Origin: Podarcis gaigeae
Lineage: Eukaryota
Direction: 5' to 3' (one strand)
Length of the DNA stretch: 64,000 nucleotides
Assembly: GCA_964106915.2 (NCBI GenBank)
Contig: OZ066917.1
The position numbers were made by a program, and so were the translations under genes. Position 1 is the stretch's first letter. Each line of letters starts with the position of its first letter. Below the pieces are notes generated by a model. It made no database searches and was not told the DNA's origin. It worked only from the letters and a program-made list of their open reading frames with translations. Below, in pieces: positions 25,019-38,783 of this stretch.

Positions 25019-28000
25019 CTTGTTAGCACTTAGCTAATAGTTGGCAGTATAAGTGACTTAATATTTAGACATAGTGCAGAATAGCCTCATTGAATCCAGT
25101 GCCTTGGGAGACGTTTTAAACTTAATCAGACACCAGAATAAACAGCAATAATATTTACTCATAGATACAAAGGGGAAGCAATTTGGATTCATATAACAAG
25201 GTCTTTAACGCTGTGGATTCAGATAACAGGTCTGTACAATATTTCTTAGAGGGGGAAACAGAATTTTAAAAATGCAGAAACATTACCTTGATCCCTTCTC
25301 TTTTCAGTTTAGAGTACTGTGTGAGAATATTCTGGATGCTCCCTTACTTGTGAGAGGCCACAAAGTTTTAGAGAGGGTTATATTGGTCTTCTCTTTTATA
25401 CCAGGAGACTACCCCAACATCCATGCATTTGGAAACTAAGAAACAAAAGGGGGGTTCACCAATAGTATGTGAGTAGGTAAAGGTTTCTTCTTCTTCTTCT
25501 TCCATGTTTCCATGCTAGAGAAGACTAACTTGTTGAACGTCTGTCTTGTACACAGCTGTTAAATGCAAGGGTGTCTTGCTCTTTTCCATTGCCAATCCTA
25601 TATCCTGCAAAGAGCTCAGGTTTTATCAGTTGTAAACTAATTAGACTTTCACTAATTGCTCTTAGGAAGCAATACAACATTCTGTACAAAACAAGGCAAA
25701 GTGTTTCAGAAGGTTGTGTGTGTTAAAAGAGATTTAAGATTTACAGCAACCATGGTTCAGGTGCCCATGCTTGGATAAATTCAAGACTGAATTTTTATAC
25801 AGCAAGCCGTGCATTCTAAAAGCATTTCTTGCGGACGTTTATTTATACCTCATAATAATTATAGCAATGTTATCAGCACAGGTCAAGAGGTCACCTTTGG
25901 GGATGGAGCAGCTTTAGCAAAAGAGAGAGATTTGAGTCTTTGACATGAATATATACCCTTTTAAGTGTTTATATCGGCAGCAGCAACTCTCAAGAATCTG
26001 TCTATTTCACACCATGGGTGAGGAAAAAATGAATCACCACTCCCCCCCCCCCCATGTTGCTCCTAATATCAGCTTAATAGCCTTCTCTGCATTTTCTCTA
26101 AAGAACCCTAAGATACCAAGAGAATGGGCAATAGCACTGGACTGCACTCAGTATTTGTCATAGCCCTCCCCTCCACCAACAGCAGTATAACTACACTGAG
26201 CTACTTGGCAGAGCTGATGTGGCCCATTTTCTCCCAACAACAGTACATACAGTACATAATATAGAGTGGCTATAGGAGACTCAATACTAGTCCTACTCAA
26301 AATAGATCCATTGAAGTCAGTGGGCATGACTATGTCCAACTGGTGTACTCTGTGTAGGATTTCAGAATAAAACCCATATTGATGAGGATCTTCATTTGAA
26401 TTTGCATTGTTAAAGGTGTGTTTACACACAGAGATGGGGCATTCAATTAAACCTGAACTAGAAAGAGCATGAAATTCTGTCGCTGTGGCTATCTTTTGTT
26501 TTGTAGTAGTATGCTTCTCTTCCAGTCACAGCTACACTAAAATCCTGGATTTCTCAATTTTCTCAAACGGAACCAAGATCTTTCTTCTTCTTTGCTTTAA
26601 TCTAGAGAAAAACATCCAGAGGCACACACCTACACACTGAGGAAGAGCTAAAAACAGCTTCAAAATGAATCAGGAAGTCCTCCATTATCTGGGAAAGAGA
26701 CTTCCTGAAGACTTTATGAAGCCAGTTTTGCATTCTTCCTTGGGTGCCTGTATGACTAATATTTTTCTACAGCACTCGTCAATCACAGCTCTGACTTCAC
26801 CCATTAGCTAAGAACATTGAAATGTATAGACAAGCTCATTTCTCACCAAGTAATTGCTTACTGCCTACATATTTTGTTTTGCCTCCTCGTTTTGCTTCAG
26901 AACCCACTTTTGGAAAGAGCTGGATACAGACTTTTTAATAAAAACAAAACAAAACAAATGAAAACCCAGAATCTGGATGCTCTAAGACCAGCACAGCAGT
27001 AACTCCTGTTTCCGCTTCTTGGTAGGTTTGTTTCTGAATCAGTAAGTAAATCACAGATCCAAACCCTGCCAGTCCCCTCTTCCCCACTCTGAAAATGAGG
27101 ACTTTCAGGTAAAGTGGAAATGGCTTAGAAAGCCATCCGATATATGTGTTTGAAAATGGCTTATACAAACACACCAGTAAAAATGATTTCTGCCGGGATA
27201 ATAGCCTAAGTTGTTGTAATGACTGAACTAGACTGCATGCATACTCAGTGCAAATTTGTATCAGAGCACGTGAAGGGAAATATAACAGTGGAAGTGTATC
27301 TAACAACCATTAGCTAATCCAAGTCTGCTTGTGTGCTCACATAGCAGTGGTCTTAATTCTCTACATGCTGGTCCTTATTCAGGCAAATACAACAGGAAGA
27401 TTTCCAATTTGGAGTACCATTTTTTTTTTGGGGGGGGGGGGGACAACCAATGGTGAAAAAAATTCTTCCAAAACTGTTGCAGAAAATGAAAAACAGGGTG
27501 TTGGTGTGGCTGAAACCTTGAGCAGAAGCAGACATTTGCAACAGTTTGTTACAGATCTGCTTGTATATAAATATAAATTTTAAAAGAAACCAAACAGCGC
27601 TGCAAACTATTTATAAGGGCCGCATCCTTCCAAATCAGGCTGATGTTTGCTTAGGAGAACCCTCTGGGTGAGAGTAACTCAGTTTAATTCAGTGAACAAT
27701 TATCAACAAGACAAGCTACGGAACCGCTGGCATGACAGGCGGACACAGAAGGGAAAAGGACTGGCACTATTGGGATTTTCTCAGGTGTGAGTGGGAGCCC
27801 AGCAGGATAAGATACAGTTTGGGGGTCTTTCTTTTCAGCCTGCCATAGCAGAACCACACAGAGCTGATAGCATGGGGCTGCTATAAAAGAAACACATCAT
27901 CACCCTCCCATCCCTGCTTCTACTGAGGCCATCTCCAGACTGTTGGTATTTTGCAGGAGGCATTCAAGCACGTACCAGGAATTGTAGGTTTGCATAATTA

Positions 28001-30639
28001 AAGTTGATTAAATTGCTCTGTCGCTGTGGTGCACCAGATCCACTTTTTCAAATTAAAAAAGGGACTATTTGCAGTTAGGTAGGTGCTGGGGAAATGCACT
28101 GAAAAGTGAAGGATGAATGACTGATTACTGGGAAGATCTGCAAACACCATGCAAGCAAATCCAGATGGATGCTCATTGTTGTATAACCTCTCTGCAAACA
28201 TCAGAACCAATGTTCAGTAATGACCTGATATAGACTAACCTGCACATATGCTTTGTGTAAGCAAATCAGGATGCTCAATAAATAGGACATCTGGAGGAGC
28301 CCTGAATTACTCTTAGTAATGGGACAGTCTTTTGTAACTGGCATACATTAATTGCACGCAGCCAGTTGCTAAACTGATTTCTCATCAGTGGGTAATGCAC
28401 CAGGGTCTGCAGCTGCCCTGCTGTCTCATGCCCCTATGGAACCACAGGCAAAGCAAACAGCTTTGCTCATTGGCCCAATCTTTTTTTACTCCCCTGTATC
28501 GCTCTATGTCAACTCCTCATTCGTTACTTTTCCTGCTGCATTATTTAAGTGAATATATATCTTCATTATTGCTTTCCATCAGCCCTTCCCTTCAAGGTGG
28601 GGTTGCAGGGATAGAATGTAAGGGACATCTATTCAAAATAATCCACCGTACATGTGAGCTTGAGCATACTGCAGTCATTAAAGAGAAGAGTGAACACCCC
28701 AGGGCACCCTGAAATAAGGTAGCTGATTTACTATTGTATTTTGCTCTGGGCAAGGATATTGCCAGATACTGTACAAGAAACAGAACTTCAGTTTCAAGCT
28801 TTCCAAGGAAGGAGAAAACACACTACATATTGCATGAAGAGGTACACTCTGAGCACCCATGTTTTTCTCTTTCTAAACCCAGTCCTTTAAACATTATGGA
28901 GAGGCTTAACACACACTTTGGAGTATCTGCAAGACTCTAGTGATAATTTAGGCAGCAACTAAGGTGGCATAGCTAGCACCCACCTGACATGGGTAGCTAG
29001 CTACACAATTAAGGAAGGTAAATGAATATTCCAACCTTGCTGCACAGTTATTAATTAAACAGGATTTCACCCCAGAGGTGGAGGCATTTGTGTAATTAAT
29101 GTAACCATCTGTGTACGTGGAGGTAGTTTTGCAAAGCACTTAGAAACCCTCTGAGATACAAATGTGAGATAGTGATGAAGATGGTGATGGCAGCAGTGGA
29201 AGTTTTCTCTCTCTCTAATTGTGGGTTTTGTCTCTGAATACAGTGTCAAATGCTACCCCACTTGCACAAGAGAAGACAGTGACATACTGGCAACCTTCAC
29301 AATGTTTAGGCTGCACATATAAAGTCTTATTAATTATCTGAGTACATGAAGAATGTGGCCTTTCAGTTCCATTCATATCACCATGCTTGCAGTGAGGACG
29401 AGGGTAATGATACAACGTGTGATGTCAGTTAGCGAGGTCTGCATACAGAAACACATGAAGGCTGATGAGTATAATGTAGCATTTGTGCCACACAATATCA
29501 TGGAAACTAAGAACAAAAGGTAGACACAATTCCATAGTCTTCAACTCATCTTAGCACCCATCTCAAGCAGCCAACCTGCAACATGGGACCCACTTTTACT
29601 TTGCCACCTTGCCTGAAATCGAATGTGCAGAAAATAAATCTGGGGAACAGTCATTTCCCTTAGAACATAGTACAGGCAGCACTTTTCTTTGTTAGATGCT
29701 GTAGTTTGTGGGATTTATGGCTAGCAGCTTCTCTTACTCTGAAGCAATACCAAAAGTATTTTTCCCTTTTATTTTGCAATGCCTTGCCATTTTATTTATT
29801 TATTTATTTCATCAATTTACTTAGGTAAAAAGTGACTAGTTTTCACTTTCACCCCAATTCCTGCCCCCTCCTGCCCCCTGCTTTTCTGCCACCCCATTGC
29901 CCAAGACAACTTGCAAGGTTCCCTGTGTGCAAAAGAGGCTCCTCTAAACAAGGGCAGAGCATATTCCTCACTGGCAGATTCTGGCAGGCTCATATGGGTA
30001 GAAGCGGTATTGCAGTTTGGAGCCATTTAAGACTTTATTGGTCAAATCCAGTACTTTGAATTTGGCCTGAGAACTAACTGGTAGCCAGTATAGTCAGGCT
30101 AGGATTGGTGTAATATGCTCAAACCATCTTGCCCCAGCGAGTAACTTGGCTGCCGAATTTCCCCTGAGATGATATGCATTGGTAAGAAGAGGCATGACAA
30201 GTCTGGAATTAGGAGGATTCAAAGCTATGAACTTCATCTGCCTGTATTCCTCAACTTTGGTTTCCTGCTTCCTAAATGTTGGGACTGGACTTCTTATTCA
30301 ATCCATATCTAAGACTTTATTAAAGTGCTGTGCCAGCATCCCAATAATCTTTGGGAAAGGAGCTTGTCATAGTCGTATCTTTTGTCGCACTGTGTTGGCT
30401 TTTTCCAGTCAGTTCCAGAGATGGGTAGCCAATGGAGAACTTCAACAGCATCCCGTAATAACATCCATACCAACAGTATTGTTACACATGGATGCTGGAC
30501 ATTCACGTTCAGTTTTGCTCACTTAAGGACATGTCTGTTTATGGAACAGCCTTTTCTCCCCCTCCCTCTGCAGTCTATTCCATCCCCAAACCATCAGACC
30601 TACTTTGCAGGTCTTCCCAGAGCTGCCGACTGTCAGAAC

Positions 30640-30900
30640 AACTTCAGCTGCAGCAGCGATGGGCCCCATGCCACCAGCAGCATCCATGGCCTTCCAGCGG
30701 CTGACAAGGACTAATTAGGAAATGAAACATTAGTTAAGTCGCTCTCAATTAGGGCCGGGATAACGTTTTCCTGGCAGCGCTGGGGCGCTTTAACTGCTGG
30801 TCCCACGATGACGGTGAGCACATCAGACTTGCTGAAGGAGCTTTAATGTTTAACATATGTTGGAGGATTACAGAAAACCTTTCAGCTGTGACATTTTCTG
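30640..30900. promoter_or_regulatory. Candidate conserved non-coding element
   Basis: Repeat-free, CpG-retaining, with CTAATTAG, CAATTAG, an RFX-like gttttcctggcagc and TGACA motifs. Conservation inferred. Confidence 0.45.
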
Positions 30901-32144
30901 TGTGCTCCCTGCTTTTTCTATCCCCTGCAGCAAACAGTGAATGGTGAGAGCTACAGCAAAAGAAAGGCGCTCAAAGCAATTGCCAACGAGGAAAAAAACA
31001 ACACATTTTTATGCATGCTTGTGATGAACAGTCATCTCTCCTCCTTGCAAAAACCAAACCAACAAGTCTCTAACCGAGACCAAGCTCTGATACGTTTCCT
31101 ATTACCAAAGCATTAAAAAATGGGGAGGTCAAGAGAGAGGTGAGGTTTGAATTTCAACAAAAAACAGATGTAAAGGACCTCAGAGAACAGAAAGCAATAA
31201 GCAAAAACCTAATCCCCACGAATGGCATATTTTTTAAAAAGCTTGTTACCATAGAGGAAAATTTTATTTGGGGTGGGGTATAATAGAGAACTAAAATCTC
31301 TATGTTCAAACACACAGGCTTTTCATGCAGTGGAACAGCTTGTATGAGATGTGATAGCAGAAATTAAGCATAATTGGAAGTGAAGATTCAGATTCCAGGC
31401 TCCCTTGGAAAGATGCATTAATCATAGCTCAAGGGTAATATTGTTAAATATTTATTATTAGTACTAGTAGTATTTTTTACATTTATAAGTCACTTTAGAC
31501 AAAAGGGAAAGTCTCAAAGTGACCTGAAAAGACAAGGCAAGATAAAACATGAAGAGCACATGTTCTGCAGGCAGAGGGTCTCAAGATCAATCACTATCAT
31601 CTCCGGTAGGAAGGATCAAGTAGTAGTATGAAAGAGCTCCCTCTGCCTGAGACCCTACAAAGCTGGACAAATAGTCAAATGAAAAACAATTTAGCTATGG
31701 GGCTGGGGCACTGAAGATCACACCTGCATTTAAATGTAACCCTCTCCTTTGATTTTGGCCCATTCCATAGATTGCAGGATGGACTTGGCTGTGCAATGGC
31801 AACTTGGCTGTGCAATGTGCAATGGCAACTGTAGAACAGGGATTGGGAGTCTGGTCATGAAGTTCAAATTAGTTCACTGGATGGGTTTAACATATCTCTC
31901 AGCCTAACACATCTCACAGGGTTGTTGTGAGAGTTTGTGAGAAGGACGCACTGCAAAGTGTGCCTTGTGTAGTTTGACTATGTATAAGAGAAACTGAAGT
32001 CAATTGGAGCTTTTCTGCTAAAAGCAAACCTAGATGTGATGTTAACTACCGTATGTCTCCAATAAATTTACTTCTCTGGGTGGACATGCAAGGGATTGTG
32101 CTATTACTGCATCTGATTGTGAAGGTGATTAGTATCTGCTAAAA

Positions 32145-32442
32145 GCCAGGGCTTTTTCGGCTGCGGCTCCAACCTGGTGGAACGCTCTGTCACAAGAGAC
32201 AAGGGCCCTGCAGGACTTGACATATTTCCGCAGGGCCTGCAAGACAGAGCTGTTCTACCTGGCCTTTGGTCAGGGCGCAGCCTGACTCCCTCCTTTGGCA
32301 ATCTTTACAAAGCTTTAGTTTATGGTTGCCATCAATTTTGATTTTAATTACTTTTTATAATGTTTTTATAATGTTGTACTGTTTTAGTGTTGTTAGCCAC
32401 CCTGAGCCCGGCTTCGGCTGGGGAGGGCGGGATATAAATAAA

Positions 32443-32488
<46 letters not shown>
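32145..32488 (+). mobile_element. 5'-truncated young L2 LINE (ORF2 C-terminus, 3' UTR, (TAT)n tail)
   Basis: Translates in frame as ARAFSAAAPTWWNALSQETRALQDLTYFRRACKTELFYLAFGQGAA*, followed by a terminal stem-loop (gcccggcttcggctgggg) and (TAT)n. Confidence 0.9.
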
Positions 32489-32489
<1 letters not shown>

Positions 32490-33426
32490 TTTTCAAAATT
32501 ATGTTATGTTGATTTCATAGGGTGCTCTCTATCTCTTGAATTATGCAATATAACAAACACATGTTCCATATTTGCTGTATGCAAAATAGTGCAACATTTT
32601 GTAAATGTCTCCAGAGTTCCCAACTCAATGCCTCCTCCCAAGACCTCTCCATATACAGCATATCAGGGAGACTAGATGCCTGGGAAATTCGTGCCTGCTG
32701 TCCCTACTCCAACTTCTGAGTATTCACCTACCTTTTCTGTATAGTGTTGTGTTTACAAGCTGTACGTGCATAGGCTTTGTATGCAGAATCTGTTCCCTGC
32801 AGCGTACAAATCATGCAGGCAGATCCTATATGTGTTCAGCTTCTGCACAGACAATGAGATTAATTTTCAGTGGTTTGGGTGGGGTCAACAGGTATGAGCT
32901 TTACACATACACCACTGTTCATTCTCTCTAGTAAGTCAGTAGGGCTCCACTAGATTCTGATTGAAAGGGGGATGATAGTTCCTCCCCTTTGTCCCTTTCC
33001 TGAGGTCCTGCTTCTAAAATCCCCCAAAAGACCATTGATTTCATAAAGTGTTTTCTACACAAATGTCTTCAGAATTTTCCAAGTGAAACGTCATTCATTG
33101 ATATTGTTCTGGATTCCTTTAAGTTCAATTGAAGCTTTTCATTAGATTGCGATGATCTCATAGGATTACAGAACTTGCTTCAGATGCAAAAGGTCAAAAA
33201 TTCACAGCAGTGCCACAGCTTCACGAAGTTCACACACTATTGTTTCCAGAACAGGATCCTGATTTGACGATTATCTTTTCTTTTTCTGTAAATAAAATGT
33301 ATGTCTATGTGACTACTTGGCTAACTATGAACTTTAATATTCCTAAACAGGCAAACCTTTCTTCAGAATCAATTGTAGAAGGCCCTGAGACAGGTTTGTG
33401 TGTGTGTAAATATTTAACAAAATTTA

Positions 33427-33564
33427 AGAAGTGGCTTAGTCATGCTGGCTACATGACCCAGAAGCTGGACACCGGCTCCCTAGGCCAATAAAGCAAGATG
33501 AGCGCCGCAAACTCAGAGTTGGTCACGACTGGTCCTAATGGTCAAGGTTCCCTTTACCTTTACC
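33427..33564 (+). mobile_element. 5'-truncated Sauria SINE (POM/Squam1 type)
   Basis: gcttagtcatgctggctacatgacccagaagct...ggccaataaagcaagatgagcgccgc...gactggtcctaatggtcaaggttccctttacctttacc, with the characteristic (ACCTTT)n tail. Confidence 0.88.
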
Positions 33565-33879
33565 AAACTTAAATTTGCACCTTCTTACAATTTCTAGCGG
33601 ATGATTATCCTACTGCATTATCTGTTAGTGTCAGAAAAGTTAGCTGATAAAAAAATAAATTAAAAGAGGAAAAGGGTTTTTCCACAACTTCCATTTCTCC
33701 CATTAATGAAACTTCATTAAGAATGGCTCCCTTTGTGGGCAGGATAAATTTACCTGCATTAGCAAATACACTTTTCTTTCAGTAAACATGAATACATTTC
33801 CATTGGCAAGAGACTCAAAAGTCACACAAGTTACTTTTACTACTGAAAATTTCTAAATGATTCTGTAAAATTTTAATTT

Positions 33880-34277
33880 GGCTGCATTCACATGCATAGT
33901 AAGCTTGGTTTATGAAACCATACAGTTTGTGAATTGTTTAATAGTACAGCTGCCCTGGATACTCCCACTTTTTCACTTTGCAGAAGTGTGTAAACAAACC
34001 ACAATGGTTTAACGTTATGCCCAAATCTAGGATTGTGATTTATTTCTACCCCAACAAACCACAACAAACTAATAGTGATTATCATTTTGGCAAAATCATC
34101 TACAATTCCAGGGTTGGATATAATGCTTAGCTAGTCCCTTTGTGGGTTGCTTACTCACTTGTACAAAGGAAGGAGTGAAGTGGCAGTGCTTGAGTTGCAT
34201 GGACTAGCACTCAGCTTGTGCACAGTATGGATCAATAAACAAGGGTTTGTGACTTAGCATTATGTGCAAACATGGCC
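33880..34277. mobile_element. Putative PIF/Harbinger-type MITE
   Basis: Ends ggctgcattcacat / atgtgcaaacatggcc with internal aaacca/tggttt motifs. Confidence 0.4.
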
Positions 34278-36539
34278 ATCATCTACGGTTACCTATTTCT
34301 ACAAAGGTCATCTGTTCCAGAGGTATAAGGAAAAGACACATCCAGGCAATTATGTTTCACACCTTAAGGAGACATCCCTCTCCATTTCCTCACTTGCTTT
34401 CAGATGCTTGAGGAATTCCATCAAATTCTGATATGAATTTATCTGATCCATGCTAATGGGCAAATCAGAATATCTCAGCCTATCAAATTTTGCATTTGTC
34501 TGAATGTTATTATGCAACTCCTGCCTCTATATATCAAGATGTCTTTTAAAATGAGTATTTTGACATTAAATGCATTTAGAAAATGTGTGTTTTGAAAGAA
34601 AAAAATGTTTATAAATACATATTGAGAAAATGGATTCAAAATTTCTTATTTAAATACATATTTAGATGCAAATTTTCATGCAGTTTTTTTTTTTTTTAAA
34701 AAAAATATCAGCCGATTAATGTGGAAATGAGAGAAAAATGCAAGAGTGACACAGAATGGAAACAAACTGATCTTAATCTACTGTTTAAAGGTTTATGTGT
34801 AAGGGATGGTTAGAGAGGGATGTAAGAGACTAGTTAGTTACAACCAGTCCTTGAAAAAGGAAGTGGAACATTGTGTTTTAATCTAATTATTCAACTTAAA
34901 ATTTCTACACTACGTTGCCCTGAGCCACCCAAATATAAAGCATAAATATATAACATGTCACCCAAAGGTTAACTATTTTTATTTCCCAAGATGACTAGAT
35001 ACCAATCCATCACCGGAGGCACTTTTAAACCACAGCCATTTATTCAAACAAATGAATTGGTTTTAGCTGAAGCATGGCTAATGGGAACTGTAAATTAGCT
35101 CGCTCAAGAATAGCCACAAAGCCTGCCAGATGGGACACTGAAAGAGAAATGAACATGTGTGTCATCATGTACGGAAATCACATCAGGAGATCGGCTGCAG
35201 TTGCAAAGAGAGGAAGCATGTCTATAATTGTCCAAAAGCACTTTATTCCTTTAATGCTGCTTCCATGATTTGAGCACACTTGAGGAGACAAAAGAGGGTG
35301 GGGAAAGCAGCTGAATTATTAATTCTGTGTAGACCTGGATAGTTTAGGAATATCGAGGACTTCAAATAACTCATGGAAAGAAGGCAGCTAGACAACTTCA
35401 TCAGGGTCCAGTAACACGTGAAATATGAGCCCAGGAGTGAAGATTCCCTGGCATAGGTGGAAGATAGGGCAGTTTGAAGGAAAAACAGAAGGGAAGGCAG
35501 GGGTCTTAAGAGGTCACCGGTAAAAAGGCAGTAGAGGAAAAATTAGCAATGGTAATAACTTGCTACTCCTGAGGGGAAGAAGAGACTTCTGATACATTTC
35601 TGGATTCCATCTGTTACTTTTTACACATGAAAAGAAAACTATTTACAAATACATATAATGTCATCTTCACATCAAACAGGAGTGTAGTGATGGAATGAGG
35701 AGCTATCAGCACTGTTCTGCTTTATGGAAATGGGTGTTCTGTTTTAGATGTCAGGGGCTGCAATGGAACCTTCCATGTTGACAGGGGTCAGAAAGGGCAT
35801 ATCCCTTATGATCTAACCTACCAGGCAATGCCAACACAGCATTGGATTCCTTCCCTATGGAGGCAAAAACAAACTAAGATCCATATGTGACAGGGGTGGG
35901 GAAACTGTGGCTCTCCAGATGTTGTTAGGGGTGATGCGAGGTATAGTCTTTGCTGTAAGACCTGCTCCCTGCTTGGCTGGCCTTTTCCTATCTGGCCTGG
36001 TACACACTGGCTGCAAAACTTCTGCTGCTGCCAAAGGAACCAGAGACCACCCTTGCTTTGTCCTGCAAGACCTGCTGCTCAAGCTATCTAGAGACCATTG
36101 GGGTGGGGTATTGTTTGGGAGTTTTTGCTGCGGTCAAGATTTAATTTTGGAAATATTTAAATTTTGGTGTTATTGGTATTGTGTGGTTATACCTTTCTTA
36201 ATAGACCTCATTATGTGAGGATTGTTTAGTTTCATTGCATACCTATTGGGATGTTTTTATTTACTGTTTACGACTACTTAAATGTTATTTTTGTAATTCT
36301 GTAAATCTTTCGATATTGTAAGCTAACAAGCATGCTTTAACTTTGGAAAGGTGGCGAACAAATAAACAATGATGAAGATAGTCCAGCAACATCTGGAGGA
36401 CCTGAGTTTTTCTATATGACAAAAGTGACCAGGGCAATAATTGTCTGATCACAGATATCCCCTTACTGAATGCTCCAGCTGGAATTTGCCATTCAGCATC
36501 ATATGCTTTTGGATAAGACTGATGATCTACAAACAATCT

Positions 36540-36720
36540 GCTTTGAAATCTGGTTCAGCACCTAAACCACTTTGGTTGCCCTGATGCTGGGATAAAGACA
36601 GGGAGAGTATGATCTTGTTAATTCTCCTAGCTCTCTTGGGTGCTTTTGACACCATCAAGCTTGGCATCTTTCTGGGTTGAGGACTGGGTGCTCCTAACAT
36701 CATTGAGCTCCTCTGCATGT
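36540..36720 (+). mobile_element. L2 reverse-transcriptase fragment (decayed)
   Basis: ttgttaattctcctagctctcttgggtgcttttgacaccatc encodes LLILLALLGAFDTI, a variant of the L2 RT motif LLDLSAAFDTI. Confidence 0.7.
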
Positions 36721-37329
36721 TTTATTTTCTCAGGTAAGCACTCCTTGTTCCACTCCCACAGCCTTCCTTTAGCATAGATTCCCTGCCTTATGGAATTTCT
36801 TCTCCACTCCCTGCAACCCACTATTGGGGGTTTCTTGGCCCTGTGACCTTCGTTTCCAACTCCTGCTACTTCTGTTCCTTTCCTTCTGAGGCAAAGCTTC
36901 TCTCCAGCTCATCCCTCTGTCCCTGTGCTCCTCCAGGCTCTTTCTCTTGCAAAATCTCCTTTCTCTACCCTCCACTTTTCTGACTCCGGCCTCTCCAGAG
37001 CTATCACCCTACCTGCTTTGTCTCTCTCAGTTTGGGACTCTCCTGGGAAGTGCAGCCAGCTGCATTTTTATTCTTCAACCATGTGCACATTCCTCAGTTC
37101 TGACTGTGGTGCCGGGAGGATGCCTCCCTTCCGGAAGGCTCATCAATCCTACTGGCAGCTGCGGAGCTGGTTCCTGACATGGATTATCACCCAATAACAA
37201 TCTGATTTAATAACATGTCCATTGGTCAAGACTTCCTCTGTACCTTGGGCATTTTGTGCCTGGCTTATGCCAACTTTAGTACTCGTACCTATTTTCATCT
37301 CACCCGGGGTACCAGTGGATATATCACTG

Positions 37330-37745
37330 TCTAAATAAATCTCCAATCCTGTTTGAATCTCATTAATCACTTAGCCTCAATTACATCTCTTGACAGTGAG
37401 TTCCACCGATGCACATTTACGCACTGTGTACAAGTACACTTCCTTTACAAAGCTGCATTTTTAATATTTAAATTTAATTGATGTTCCTTTTTTGTGTTCT
37501 GCTCGGAAAGTAAATAGAAGCTGTTGATTGACCTTCACGATTCTGTTCATTATTTTCACACCTCTATCACGTCTCCTCTTATTTGTCTCTGGTGAAGTAA
37601 ATACGACTAATCTTCTTAATCTCTCTTTATAAGGAAGCCTGTTAAAGACTCTAATCATCCCCGTTGCCCTTCTCTTAGTTCTTTCTATTTTTACTGTCTA
37701 TCCTTTTGGAGACAGGGTGTGTGTAGCATCTTTGAGCATAGTATA
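37330..37745 (-). mobile_element. CR1 LINE ORF2 C-terminal fragment
   Basis: ORF 37461-37658 (MIRVFNRLPYKERLRRLVVF...KRRRDR..KIMNRIVKVNQQLLF) matches the CR1 motif MI.GLE.LPYEERL..LGLFSLEKRRLRGD. Confidence 0.8.
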
Positions 37746-38149
37746 AAAACACTTTTCTTATTCGTTTTATAACAGTTGCTTATCTCACCCACCCAATACC
37801 CTTCTTTCCCCCTGGTTTCTTTTATGCAGGGTAGTAAATGACTGGAAAAGTAGGTGCAGAAAAAACTATAAATTGTAGATGACAAACTTGAAACATGGGT
37901 GCCACAAGTGGAATAGGCAGCAAGGTGGGAACAGGATCAGTACTGTTCGTGGATTAGCTATGAAATTGAACCAGGCATGCACTGGTGCTTTTTTTTTACT
38001 TGCTCAGTTGTCAGGGGGGGCACCTATGCATTGTAGCACACATTGCAGTGGTGCTATATCATACATTGGACAAATTGTAGCAATGCCATTGGAGTTTTAA
38101 TTATCTGATTTGCAATATTAATGTGTTGAGCTGCTAATAGCCAGATACC

Positions 38150-38689
38150 TCTATGCTTGTGGGCTACCCAATGACATGTGGGCCTGCCACAGGGGCAGGC
38201 CTTGCTATGGAAGGTGTCAAGTCAGTGTATTCAGGGTCAGGCAGAATTTTGCCTTCAGACAAATTGGGCCTTTCTGGGGGTTTCACCTACCTCACAACAA
38301 GTGTCACAACTTTATGGTGAACCCATTGGGCTGGATCTTTAATTGAACCAGACAGGGGGTGCCCCTTGCTCCTCAGGATCAAGGTATCCCTTTAATGGGA
38401 TCCTGGGGGGAGTGGTTTTATCCTGATGCCCAGATGGGAGCTGACAGGCCATAGGACAACAAGTGGTGACCTTGAGGGGGTTGCCCTGATTTGATGTTCT
38501 CCATAGGGCAACCCTTAACCATGTCTAGCATCCACCAGCGATCGAGCTGGTTGATGTCAGGATACGCACCCAATGCTGATGCCAAAACCTGCTAACTTCT
38601 ATAATCAATAAAAGTTGTGGCCTGTATGAAATCCCGATATGGTTGTCTTTAGTTACAACTAATATCATGACTGCTCCATCCTATCCACA
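38150..38689 (+). mobile_element. LTR/DIRS-like terminal-repeat element (family unassigned)
   Basis: Shares cctacctca...gtcacaacttt...attgggctggatc and aatcaataaa..tgtggcc blocks, and a CACA end, with 59905-60643 in reverse. 5' boundary is approximate. Confidence 0.6.
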
Positions 38690-38783
38690 GATCCATTGCG
38701 CCTGGGCCCATAAGTAAGCTTCATTGAGTCAATAGGACTTACTTCCAGCTAAGTGTGCAGGACTTAGTTGTGATGCATGTGTG

